Shown one piece after another: positions 1 through 7,555 of a stretch of 29,449 nt of DNA. Both the position numbers and the translations under genes were made by a program. The notes beneath the pieces are model-generated. The model saw only the letters and a list, made by a program, of their open reading frames with translations. It was not told the DNA's origin and did not search any database. How positions within the stretch are numbered: position 1 is the first letter of the stretch; the number at the start of each line of letters is the position of its first letter. The stretch is from a virus (Duplodnaviria; Caudoviricetes). The stretch covers positions 1 to 29,449 of IMG/VR virus record IMGVR_UViG_3300032373_000082; one strand, 5' to 3'.

Positions 1-2
1 GA

Positions 3-77
3 TGTGACGATGAAACCCTAAAACAACTGATTATGAACAACGATGCCAGATATGATGGAGGTAACTGCCTGGTTTAA
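3..77 (+). CDS. Possible 3' end of a flanking gene (partial, ...LKQLIMNNDARYDGGNCLV*)
   Basis: Open frame from the window edge to TAA 75-77, just outside the att core; too short to identify. Confidence 0.3.
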   Translation, partial: CDDETLKQLIMNNDARYDGGNCLV

Positions 78-78
78 G

Positions 79-127
79 TGGCGCCCCGAAGAGGATTCGA
101 ACCTCTGACCTGCCCCTTAGGAGGGGG
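79..127 (-). other. Prophage att core: duplicated 3' half of tRNA-Arg(CCT)
   Basis: Minus strand reads CCCC-CTCCTAA-GGGGC AGGTC AGAGG-TTCGAAT-CCTCT TCGGGGCG CCA: anticodon loop (CCT), T arm, acceptor 3' strand and CCA. No D arm or 5' acceptor strand upstream. Confidence 0.9.
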
Positions 128-151
128 TTAAGGTAGAAATAAGCACAATAT

Positions 152-259
152 ATTCAATAAGTTAAAATACTCTGTCCATATACTGTCCACCCACGCACTG
201 GACACTTTAGAGTATCTGGCTCGTAGCCGCACCACAACACCCTAAAAATCAATCACTTT
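152..259. promoter_or_regulatory. Candidate integrase arm-type sites and IHF sites
   Basis: CTGTCCA direct repeats at 172-178 and 183-189, inverted TGGACA at 199-204; IHF-like ATTCAATAAGTTA 152-164 and AATCAATCACTTT 247-259, each one mismatch from WATCAANNNNTTR. Confidence 0.55.
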
Positions 260-339
260 CCTATTAGCGTTTGCACTATACGCGCGTGGCGGCTGTCGCC
301 CGTAAGTGCTTAATTCTATTAAGCTAGCGACTGGCGAAA

Positions 340-355
340 ACACTACATGTAGTGG
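340..355. promoter_or_regulatory. NrdR-box-like palindrome ACACTACATGTAGTGG
   Basis: Perfect 14-bp palindrome CACTACATGTAGTG; 13/16 match to acaCwAtATaTwGtgt. Confidence 0.55.
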
Positions 356-489
356 TCGCGTTAAGTTGCAGCTTTGACAGCTTTTAAAAAATATCCACCC
401 TATAAAAAAAGGGGTACTGCTCTCTATCTTATTGTTATTACTTGATATTTAATGTTACCAATACACTAAACGTTTTCGGTTTTTGGTGG

Positions 490-518
490 TTGACGGGCCT
501 CTTAATTAACTTTAGGCT
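490..518 (+). promoter_or_regulatory. Sigma70-type promoter TTGACG-N17-TAGGCT
   Basis: Near-consensus -35, 17-nt spacer, TAnnnT -10. Confidence 0.6.
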
Positions 519-528
519 ACCCACATAA

Positions 529-544
529 ACACAAGATATTGCGT
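529..544. promoter_or_regulatory. NrdR-box-like site ACACAAGATATTGCGT just after the predicted +1
   Basis: 14/16 match to the NrdR consensus, in a repressor-type position. Confidence 0.55.
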
Positions 545-697
545 TTTTCTGAAGCGCTATCAGGGTGTTGTACGTGAATTGAAAATGCAGAAGAGAACGA
601 GCTCAGATTTAACGGGCTTATGAAAAAGCAGGGGATGCTTGAAACACCCCCTTTTCACTAACCGTGTCGTCGAGGCACATTAAGAAAGGAGAACACC

Positions 698-778
698 ATG
701 GACCTTGCAATCCAGCAGTGGCGCTTCCTCATTAAGTTGAGTGAAGTTGAACCAGCAGCGCTTACCTTATTAGGGTAA
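698..778 (+). CDS. 26-aa microprotein MDLAIQQWRFLIKLSEVEPAALTLLG
   Basis: Strong SD (AAAGGAG) a few nt before the ATG; below the ORF-track cutoff. Confidence 0.55.
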   Translation: MDLAIQQWRFLIKLSEVEPAALTLLG

Positions 779-876
779 GCAACAACCGTGACCAACAAAT
801 GAAATATTAGACCATTTTGTTTGCCTTGTCACGACTTGAAATATTTCTCTAAACAACAATATTGGAGTTTATAACA

Positions 877-1023
877 ATGGCTAAAAAACAATCAGGCAAC
901 ACAACTTCCACCCTTGCCGGAAAGATACTATCAGGGGCAAGGAAGGCCACGCAGGCAGATGCTATAAAGCTAGCTGCATCTGTTCTAAGCCAGGATGAGA
1001 CAAAAGGCAAGCGGAAAAAGTAG
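877..1023 (+). CDS. 48-aa basic microprotein MAKKQSGNTTSTLAGKILSGARKATQADAIKLAASVLSQDETKGKRKK
   Basis: GGAG SD, typical ATG GCT AAA AAA start, followed by a terminator. Confidence 0.75.
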   Translation: MAKKQSGNTTSTLAGKILSGARKATQADAIKLAASVLSQDETKGKRKK

Positions 1024-1043
1024 CGGCTTGCGGCATTGCCACC

Positions 1044-1071
1044 AGCCCCTCGCCACCCGAGGGGCTATTTT
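1044..1071 (+). terminator. Intrinsic terminator
   Basis: AGCCCCTCG-CCACC-CGAGGGGCT 9-bp stem followed by ATTTT. Confidence 0.7.
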
Positions 1072-1194
1072 AAACATGGAATTTCCCCATGCTAGTTACT
1101 TCAACCACAAATGAGGCGTAAAAAATTAACACGACCGCCTTTAATCGGCAGCTATGCCAAAACTAATCAACATCCCGACATCAGGAATATGATC

Positions 1195-1359
1195 ATGGAA
1201 GAGGAAATACTTGTGTGCACGGATTGCCAATACACCACGCCAAACAATGACCCAAAGTGCAGTCAGTGCGGAGGGGTTATGGAAGAATTGGGTGATGAAG
1301 GCGACGAGCTGGTGTTGCCCAGCATTACCCTGCCGCTTCAATCAACCGCGCTTCATTAG
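1195..1359 (+). CDS. Small acidic zinc-ribbon protein (CxxC-x10-CxxC)
   Basis: CTDC...CSQC; AGGA SD at 1183-1186 favours ATG 1195 (or 1189) over 1111. Confidence 0.65.
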   Translation: MEEEILVCTDCQYTTPNNDPKCSQCGGVMEELGDEGDELVLPSITLPLQSTALH

Positions 1360-1361
1360 CT

Positions 1362-1646
1362 CTACTGGCAACCGCCAGACTTGCCACCCCCGAAACGGTG
1401 TTTTATCGCCAGCATATTCAAGCCAGTATCTTTTTGTTCCAGGGAGCTGATGTGCAAAAAGAATATCTTATAATCTCCATATCGGTAGCCTAATTCCCCC
1501 ACACCAAGGGCATTAAGCCACGGCTCCCCGTTTGAGCGTACGCTATCATACTGCTCCGCGTGAGCGCCCACCCCAGCCTCAAGGTAAAGACCATCAGCAA
1601 GCAACACGGAAGGCAGCAGCAGTATCACCAATAGAAGACCCCTCAT
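1362..1646 (-). CDS. Secreted small outer-membrane beta-strand protein, PagL-like C-terminal half
   Basis: Signal peptide (..SVLLA/DG), about 4 amphipathic strands, motif GYRY..HISS..DTGLN..KHRF; ATGA overlap with the tail fibre. Confidence 0.7.
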   Translation of the reverse strand: MRGLLLVILLLPSVLLADGLYLEAGVGAHAEQYDSVRSNGEPWLNALGVGELGYRYGDYKIFFLHISSLEQKDTGLNMLAIKHRFGGGKSGGCQ

Positions 1647-2761
1647 CGGACTAACATCCTTGTGACACCACCACCAAGACCATACCAGATGTATCTCCCA
1701 TCAAACGTAATGCCGCTGCTCCATGTGCCAGTTAACAGCTGCGAACGACTCCACATTAAATTTTCCCAGACAAATAACGTATTCGCTGTTAGAGCATTGC
1801 CATAAATAGAATACCCGTCAAAAACCACTTCCCCAGCCGAGCCGCCAGATGGCAACGCATTTAAGGTTGCCTTTGTTTCTAAATCGATCTGTAACAACAG
1901 CGAACGACCACGCGCATTAACCCAAACGGTGCGTCCGTCAAATATGGGGAACGTCGGAGAATCCCCCGCCTGCAAAGCAAAACTTGCGACACTATCGTCA
2001 ATAGGGCTTAACAGAGACATCGTGTGATTACCGCTATTGGCTATCCAGATGTGTGTACCGTCGTAACACATCCCCCAAGGCGATGCGCCAGCCGCTAATG
2101 CGATAGTTGAAACGACCGTAGCCGTTGCCGGATCAATTTTCGATATATTATCCGTTGTTATGTTTGCCACATAAATAAAACCGTTGGCATAAACTATCGA
2201 CCGAGGTGAGGTGCCCACAGTGATTGGGCCGGTAATAGTGCCATCAGCAATAGTAATGCGATACACGGGATCAGGTGCGCCTGAATCATCGCACAGTACC
2301 CACAAATATGTCCCATCATCCATCATCGGGCCATTTGGACGGCTAGCGCCAAAATCATAAGTCGCCAGGATAGTCATCGATGCAGCATCTAGTTTTGATA
2401 CTGTTTCAGCCAGACCATTCACCACCCAAATAAACCCAGCGCCATAATGCAGGTCGCTAACTATACCACCCGGGTCAGTCTCAACGCTATTCACACGGTC
2501 TTGCTCATACGTTAACCCGAGCGATGCAGCAGCGGCGGGACTGTTGGCCGCACGTCCATACTGCCGTTTTTTCAGCACACCCGATATCTGTGCATCATTC
2601 ACCGGGTCTAAAGTCTCGCCACCAAAATCTTCAACCACCGCCACTAGCTCACGCTGCACGGTGTTAGCCCATCCAGCGCGCATATCCGTTGGCGTTCCTG
2701 TCTCTTTAAATTCACCCTGCGCATCCGCAGTTGTAGGAGTATCAACACCAATTTTATGCAT
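1643..2761 (-). CDS. Tail fibre / receptor-binding protein with C-terminal YVTN/NHL-like beta-propeller
   Basis: Mu-type fibre N-terminus (W.N.VQ.EL..VVE..G.TLDP.ND.Q) and about 7 blades with DG.YLWV / DG.HIWI / FDG..VWV; follows the gp48-like gene. Confidence 0.85.
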   Translation of the reverse strand: MHKIGVDTPTTADAQGEFKETGTPTDMRAGWANTVQRELVAVVEDFGGETLDPVNDAQISGVLKKRQYGRAANSPAAAASLGLTYEQDRVNSVETDPGGIVSDLHYGAGFIWVVNGLAETVSKLDAASMTILATYDFGASRPNGPMMDDGTYLWVLCDDSGAPDPVYRITIADGTITGPITVGTSPRSIVYANGFIYVANITTDNISKIDPATATVVSTIALAAGASPWGMCYDGTHIWIANSGNHTMSLLSPIDDSVASFALQAGDSPTFPIFDGRTVWVNARGRSLLLQIDLETKATLNALPSGGSAGEVVFDGYSIYGNALTANTLFVWENLMWSRSQLLTGTWSSGITFDGRYIWYGLGGGVTRMLVR

Positions 2762-3359
2762 TTCGTTGCACCTCGTAATTGTATGTAATTGAATAATCGG
2801 CGGCTGCGCCGTATGTGAAGGTGGGCACGGCGTGCGCCTGGTTTAACTTGGAAATAAAAATACATTCAAGTGCCTTTTCAGCACCGTATGTGCGCAGTGG
2901 TTCGCCTACTTGATGCCCAGGGCCAACACCAACGCTTAGGCGTTGCGCTTCTACAGCAGGCACAAGGATTTCATAGTGGTTAGGTATAACGCCATCAACA
3001 ATGGTGATATCAAAACCCATGCGTGATGCGACGCTGATCAGGTATGGGATGTTGTGGCCACCCACACCAAGGTAATTACCAGTAACTACTGCGCGACGCT
3101 CTTCGATCGATGCCGCAACCTCATTGCTACAGCTATCTTGATCCGCTAGATTGCGTTCCCAGTCTGGAAGCATTTCAGTTGCTGTGCGCGGGTCTGACTC
3201 TTCAAGAAGATCCAGTGCGCGCTGATGTAGGCGTGCAAACTCATCACCAATGGCCAGCATCAGGCTAGCCATGTTTGATGTAACACTGCGCGCCCAGGCA
3301 ATGCCGCGCGGCAACAGGTTTAACAACATGTCACGATAATTGGTTGCGTTTATAGCCAT
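2754..3359 (-). CDS. Baseplate wedge protein, Mu gp48 / YmfQ (DUF2313)-like
   Basis: LLPRGIAW and E.DPRTA.EML.DWER motifs; synteny. Confidence 0.9.
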   Translation of the reverse strand: MAINATNYRDMLLNLLPRGIAWARSVTSNMASLMLAIGDEFARLHQRALDLLEESDPRTATEMLPDWERNLADQDSCSNEVAASIEERRAVVTGNYLGVGGHNIPYLISVASRMGFDITIVDGVIPNHYEILVPAVEAQRLSVGVGPGHQVGEPLRTYGAEKALECIFISKLNQAHAVPTFTYGAAADYSITYNYEVQRNA

Positions 3360-4405
3360 GTGATCACACCCACAACAGGTATCTCACTCGGCAGGCTTGT
3401 CACATCGGCCACCAACCCGGTGATCGTGTGATCTTCTTCGCCTTCCGATATTGATACCGCTTCATTTATTTGCGACAGGTAAATGCTACCGCCCGGCATT
3501 GCACGGCGACGGAATAGATCATTAATTTCCGCTTCTGCATCGGCGCGAATTTGCGCCGTATCCGGTGTGATTGATATCGCCATATCGATCGGTTTTGCTG
3601 TTGGCGCAGCAGCTGTGACAATCGCAATAACCGGGCGCTTTATATCAAGATGAGCTTGCAGGGTCACAACATCGCCAGCCAAGGGAATGCCGTCACCGTA
3701 GGTATCATCCATCATGAACCGCACCACCAACGTACCATCGCCATTTTCAAGCGGGTACACCCACGCCCTGGTAATGCCCGCAACCTCATTGGCCCATGTA
3801 ATATAATCATTCGTGTTGCCGCCTTGCGTTGGCTGCCGCCAGCGAGCCAGTACGCGTACACGATAAGCATCGACCGACTCTTCATCTGCCCCGCCGGTTA
3901 ACCCGGCAACATCGACAACACCAATACTATCAATGCCCGCGATTGGTGATACCAGCGTTAGCGGCACACCCGGCAACGTCACGCCGCCTACGCCTGCATC
4001 AACAGCGGTAGCAGACACCGTTGCAGAGCCTACCGCAACAGTCACCAGCGCATCAGTGACAAACATGACACCATCCGCGCGTTGCATTGTTGTCGCAGGC
4101 GGTATATCGACACCGTTAGTACCGGAAAAAACAACATCACCCTGCGCTTTAGTTGCTGCAATGCGCTGAATATCGCGCACATCACCATGCCGCAACAGCC
4201 ATTCGTCATCCGCCGTATCCGGGTGAATCTGCCGACTTATCCAATCCAGAAAACCATACAGCAGATGCACCGCGCCCGCGATAACATCGGCTAAAACACC
4301 CAGCACAGAAAAAGGCATGCGAGTATCTGCCCCTGGTACTCGCGCATTAATATCAGCGCGTATGCGCGCCTTTAATACATCAAGAGTCGGTCTACTAAAC
4401 GCCAT
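3350..4405 (-). CDS. Baseplate J-like protein (Mu gp47)
   Basis: GGADEES..YR.R and GGN..DY..WA motifs. Confidence 0.93.
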   Translation of the reverse strand: MAFSRPTLDVLKARIRADINARVPGADTRMPFSVLGVLADVIAGAVHLLYGFLDWISRQIHPDTADDEWLLRHGDVRDIQRIAATKAQGDVVFSGTNGVDIPPATTMQRADGVMFVTDALVTVAVGSATVSATAVDAGVGGVTLPGVPLTLVSPIAGIDSIGVVDVAGLTGGADEESVDAYRVRVLARWRQPTQGGNTNDYITWANEVAGITRAWVYPLENGDGTLVVRFMMDDTYGDGIPLAGDVVTLQAHLDIKRPVIAIVTAAAPTAKPIDMAISITPDTAQIRADAEAEINDLFRRRAMPGGSIYLSQINEAVSISEGEEDHTITGLVADVTSLPSEIPVVGVITWL

Positions 4406-4826
4406 TTATTTGAGCACTCCATACGTCCTCGAACTTAAATGAAGCGGTATCACCGTTTGGCTTAACCACATCAATCACCAGCAGCATCACACCACTACGC
4501 AACCACTGCGCATTGGGAGCAATCGCGCGGGCAACACCAATATCCACCATCCATTGCAATGCCTCAGCGCTGTAACTCTCGGCACGATCAAGCGTCTCTT
4601 TTATTGCCAGCGCCCGCTCTAATAACCATAATTTTGAGCCGATAATGTCAGACCACCAGCCGCGTTTATCATCATCACCTGATGGCAGGTCGTCCGCCGT
4701 CACTCGTGTATCAGTGAAGAGGCTGATGATGATTGCGGTGCTCATCCCTTCATCAGTCGTTAAGTCAGGCCCATCGATAGACAGATCAAATAAACCCGGT
4801 TCAATCTGCGTTAATGCGATATCCAT
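4395..4826 (-). CDS. Baseplate protein, Mu gp46-like
   Basis: IISLFTD.R, RGWW.D, GSKLWLLER and EALQWM motifs. Confidence 0.92.
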   Translation of the reverse strand: MDIALTQIEPGLFDLSIDGPDLTTDEGMSTAIIISLFTDTRVTADDLPSGDDDKRGWWSDIIGSKLWLLERALAIKETLDRAESYSAEALQWMVDIGVARAIAPNAQWLRSGVMLLVIDVVKPNGDTASFKFEDVWSAQINGV

Positions 4827-4829
4827 TGG

Positions 4830-5372
4830 CTATACCATCGGCGTTGTTGGTGCCGCGGCAGTTGAGCCGCTTACCTGTTGCGTATGCGCATTAAAGGTAT
4901 CGCGCATCACCTGAATCGTGCCGGTAGCGTCGCTCACATCACCATCAGCATCGATATTACCTGTCGCTTTTATGTTTCCGTTAAAGGTTGAGTCGCCAGC
5001 GTTAATGGTAAGCGCTAGCGGTGTATCGATAGTGACACCCGCATCACCGAGGGTGATTGTCTGGCCCCGATGATCGTAGATCACCACATCACCTGCCTCA
5101 CCGTTTTTAATGCGGTAGCGCCGGTCATTAACGCAAACCGCAATCGCGTGGCTACTGCGCCCACCTAGCGACAGCAGCAGCACTTCTGCGCCTTCATGCG
5201 GTACGCTGGTAAACCCGTAACACTCAAAGTATTCGATACCATCGAGCGTCATACCGCCGACATCAACCTGCAGCACTGTCATTTTCTTGCTTGCATCAAC
5301 GCGCGTTACCACTGCGCGCCGCACGATGTTTTTAATCCTGCGCTCAAGCGCCTGCAGTAATTTCATCATCAT
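4830..5372 (-). CDS. Baseplate spike (Mu gp45 / gpV-like)
   Basis: YGFTSVP..GAE and DRRYR motifs, beta-helical C-terminus; TAATG coupling to the hub gene places the start at 5372. Confidence 0.9.
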   Translation of the reverse strand: MMMKLLQALERRIKNIVRRAVVTRVDASKKMTVLQVDVGGMTLDGIEYFECYGFTSVPHEGAEVLLLSLGGRSSHAIAVCVNDRRYRIKNGEAGDVVIYDHRGQTITLGDAGVTIDTPLALTINAGDSTFNGNIKATGNIDADGDVSDATGTIQVMRDTFNAHTQQVSGSTAAAPTTPMV

Positions 5373-6385
5373 TATTGCCACGCCTCTACTTTGGACTTCT
5401 CAGGAAGCGGCGCCAGGTCAAACGCTTCTTTTGGCATTACCCGCAATTCAGTACGCTCGCCTTTCTCATTGAGCGTCAAGCGCACCTCAGTAATCAAACG
5501 ATCATCGTTAATACCCATGATGCTATCCTTCACCAGCACAAGGTTGTTAGGCATCCACAGACCGTCACTATGTTGCCAATTGTTCACGGTGTATGTAACC
5601 CCTTGCCCTTCTGCATGGCGTCGGTTGCGATGCGTCACGATGCGCCGCCCGCAGTCGTCACTGTTGCCGGGACCGTCAACTTGCACTGTTGATGGGCGAT
5701 AACGCGTTATGTCCTTATCCTGTGCGGTACTGCGAAGATTGGCGGCGGCGTTGCCCCATGTTTGATCGTCCGCCGATTGCTGGCTTACGGCTGTGTATTC
5801 ACTAAAGCGCTGCGCACTACTAAAGCGGCCTGATGCCTTTATAATGTTTTCACCCAATACCAACGGCGTCTCTATTCGAGTTGCCCCGCTGCGCGTGATA
5901 ATAAGATCACCATCAACGTTTGGCACAAAACGCACACCACGAATGCGTGCTAGCTCATCAAGAAACTCATATATAGGCTGCCCAGGTTCTAGTACGCGAG
6001 TCTTGAACGGGCCGCCGATATCGGCCACGGCTGTGATATCGATACCAAACGGATCAGCCAGCGAACGCGCGATCGTTAGTAGGTCCAGGTTATTAAATTG
6101 CTGGCCAGGTAAGGAGCAATCGACCAAATCCGCCGCTTTGCTACGCCCAACCACTTGCAGTGATGATGTTTTTGCATCGTACTCTGGCAGCACTTCATCG
6201 ACATACCCAGATAAGACTTTCGCATCACCATGCCAAACCTCGCACGCAGAACCTTCTTTGATGCCCTCAAGCCTGGTTAGTGTGAGATTAAAAGCATCAG
6301 CCGGACGCGCAAGGTTGCGAACAATCTTGATGTCCTTCCAGCCTCGATGAAGTTCACCGCCAACTTTTAACGCGACCTCAACCAC
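5372..6385 (-). CDS. Baseplate hub protein (Mu gp44/gpP-like)
   Basis: GRSKAADLVDCS and LGENI motifs; synteny. Confidence 0.92.
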   Translation of the reverse strand: MVEVALKVGGELHRGWKDIKIVRNLARPADAFNLTLTRLEGIKEGSACEVWHGDAKVLSGYVDEVLPEYDAKTSSLQVVGRSKAADLVDCSLPGQQFNNLDLLTIARSLADPFGIDITAVADIGGPFKTRVLEPGQPIYEFLDELARIRGVRFVPNVDGDLIITRSGATRIETPLVLGENIIKASGRFSSAQRFSEYTAVSQQSADDQTWGNAAANLRSTAQDKDITRYRPSTVQVDGPGNSDDCGRRIVTHRNRRHAEGQGVTYTVNNWQHSDGLWMPNNLVLVKDSIMGINDDRLITEVRLTLNEKGERTELRVMPKEAFDLAPLPEKSKVEAWQ

Positions 6386-7550
6386 TAATCACCTCCAGCG
6401 CCTGACCACCGGGCACAAACCCAGGGTGCTGAATACGATTACGCGCAACAATTTCCGCTTCGCGCTTATGATCGCCGTACACCTGATGCGAAATCAGCAA
6501 TGCAGGTAATATTACCTCTGGTGTGTATGTCGTAAGTTCAGGCAGGCGAGCGCCACGGACACGAAGATCATTGCCGGTTGCCGCCGCTAGATCACATAGC
6601 GCGCCATAAACCTGGTCATTAATTGGCGCACCATCCACCGCGCCAATATGCGATCGCTCATTATCAATGGCTGAATGCAGATCAGCCAGCACACCCAGTG
6701 CATCATCACGCGTCGCAAAGTCACTATCAGCAGCCGCCTTTGCGGCCTCTGATATCACCGCACGCCGAAAAAACAAGCGCAATGCGTCAACGCTGGCTGC
6801 CTGCTGCCGTTGGCTAGCGGTACTCGATTGAAACGCACGACCACTGCCGTTAGCACCAAACATCTGTTTGTAAATACCGAGTGCGCGACCAGGCTCACTA
6901 AGTTTGATGCCGATGTTGTTAACCGCGCCCGCAATAGCCGCCGCCATTTCTGCAGGCGCGCGAATCAGATCCGCGATTGGCCCAGTAACCGAACCAACCA
7001 CATCTTCTACCGACTGCATCACGCTATCTAGCTCATCAGTCACGCCCTGCACAATGTCTGCAGCCTGCCCCAGTACGCTAAAATTATCAGCAAAATCATC
7101 GATTGATTCCGTCATCACCTCGTCCGCAAGCGCTTTAACCTTCTGGTTAACATCCTCCGCCACAAGCGGTAACTGATTGGGGTTTGGCTGCTTGCGAATA
7201 AAGGTGACGCTGAATTTTGCTATACCACCTTCATTGGTACTTTCGTGCTCCCTGGCGTCTATCACCTCGACGGTCATTTCGCGGAAATACGGGTGCCGCA
7301 TCAACACGCTGCCTTCGCGCTTTAATACGGCAATGAGCTTGTCACGCGCAATATCATAGTTAGCGCCAATGGTGTACATTTCCAGCGTAAATTCATCTTT
7401 ACGCGCACCCATATCTTTTATTTCAGGGTCATCACGTAACGGCAGTTCATCAACCACCTTGCGCCGACCAAACTTATACTCATGGCGCTCAACAACAAAC
7501 TCAGCACCACCAATGGTGCCGATCGCTGAGAATCGATTATGCCAGCTCAT
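6378..7550 (-). CDS. Mu gp43/gpN-like DNA circularisation (tail tip) protein
   Basis: GRR.V..E.P.RD N-terminus; C-terminal PAL.I..YGD..R..EIV.RN.I.HPGFVP. Confidence 0.92.
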   Translation of the reverse strand: MSWHNRFSAIGTIGGAEFVVERHEYKFGRRKVVDELPLRDDPEIKDMGARKDEFTLEMYTIGANYDIARDKLIAVLKREGSVLMRHPYFREMTVEVIDAREHESTNEGGIAKFSVTFIRKQPNPNQLPLVAEDVNQKVKALADEVMTESIDDFADNFSVLGQAADIVQGVTDELDSVMQSVEDVVGSVTGPIADLIRAPAEMAAAIAGAVNNIGIKLSEPGRALGIYKQMFGANGSGRAFQSSTASQRQQAASVDALRLFFRRAVISEAAKAAADSDFATRDDALGVLADLHSAIDNERSHIGAVDGAPINDQVYGALCDLAAATGNDLRVRGARLPELTTYTPEVILPALLISHQVYGDHKREAEIVARNRIQHPGFVPGGQALEVISG

Positions 7551-7555
7551 CGCAA

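Noticed and set aside
143-158. Third NrdR box GCACAATATATTCAAT
   Set aside because: The right half lacks the conserved G-T-G, and it overlaps a better IHF-like site
79-160. Complete tRNA gene
   Set aside because: Only the 3' half is present; no D arm or 5' acceptor strand
374-405. Promoter TTGACA...TATAAA
   Set aside because: The spacer is 20 nt, too long for sigma70
1643-2761. Diversity-generating retroelement target or invertible fibre segment
   Set aside because: No reverse transcriptase, template repeat, invertase or inverted second fibre visible in this window
5793-6350. 185-aa plus-strand ORF
   Set aside because: Antisense shadow of the baseplate hub gene; no motifs
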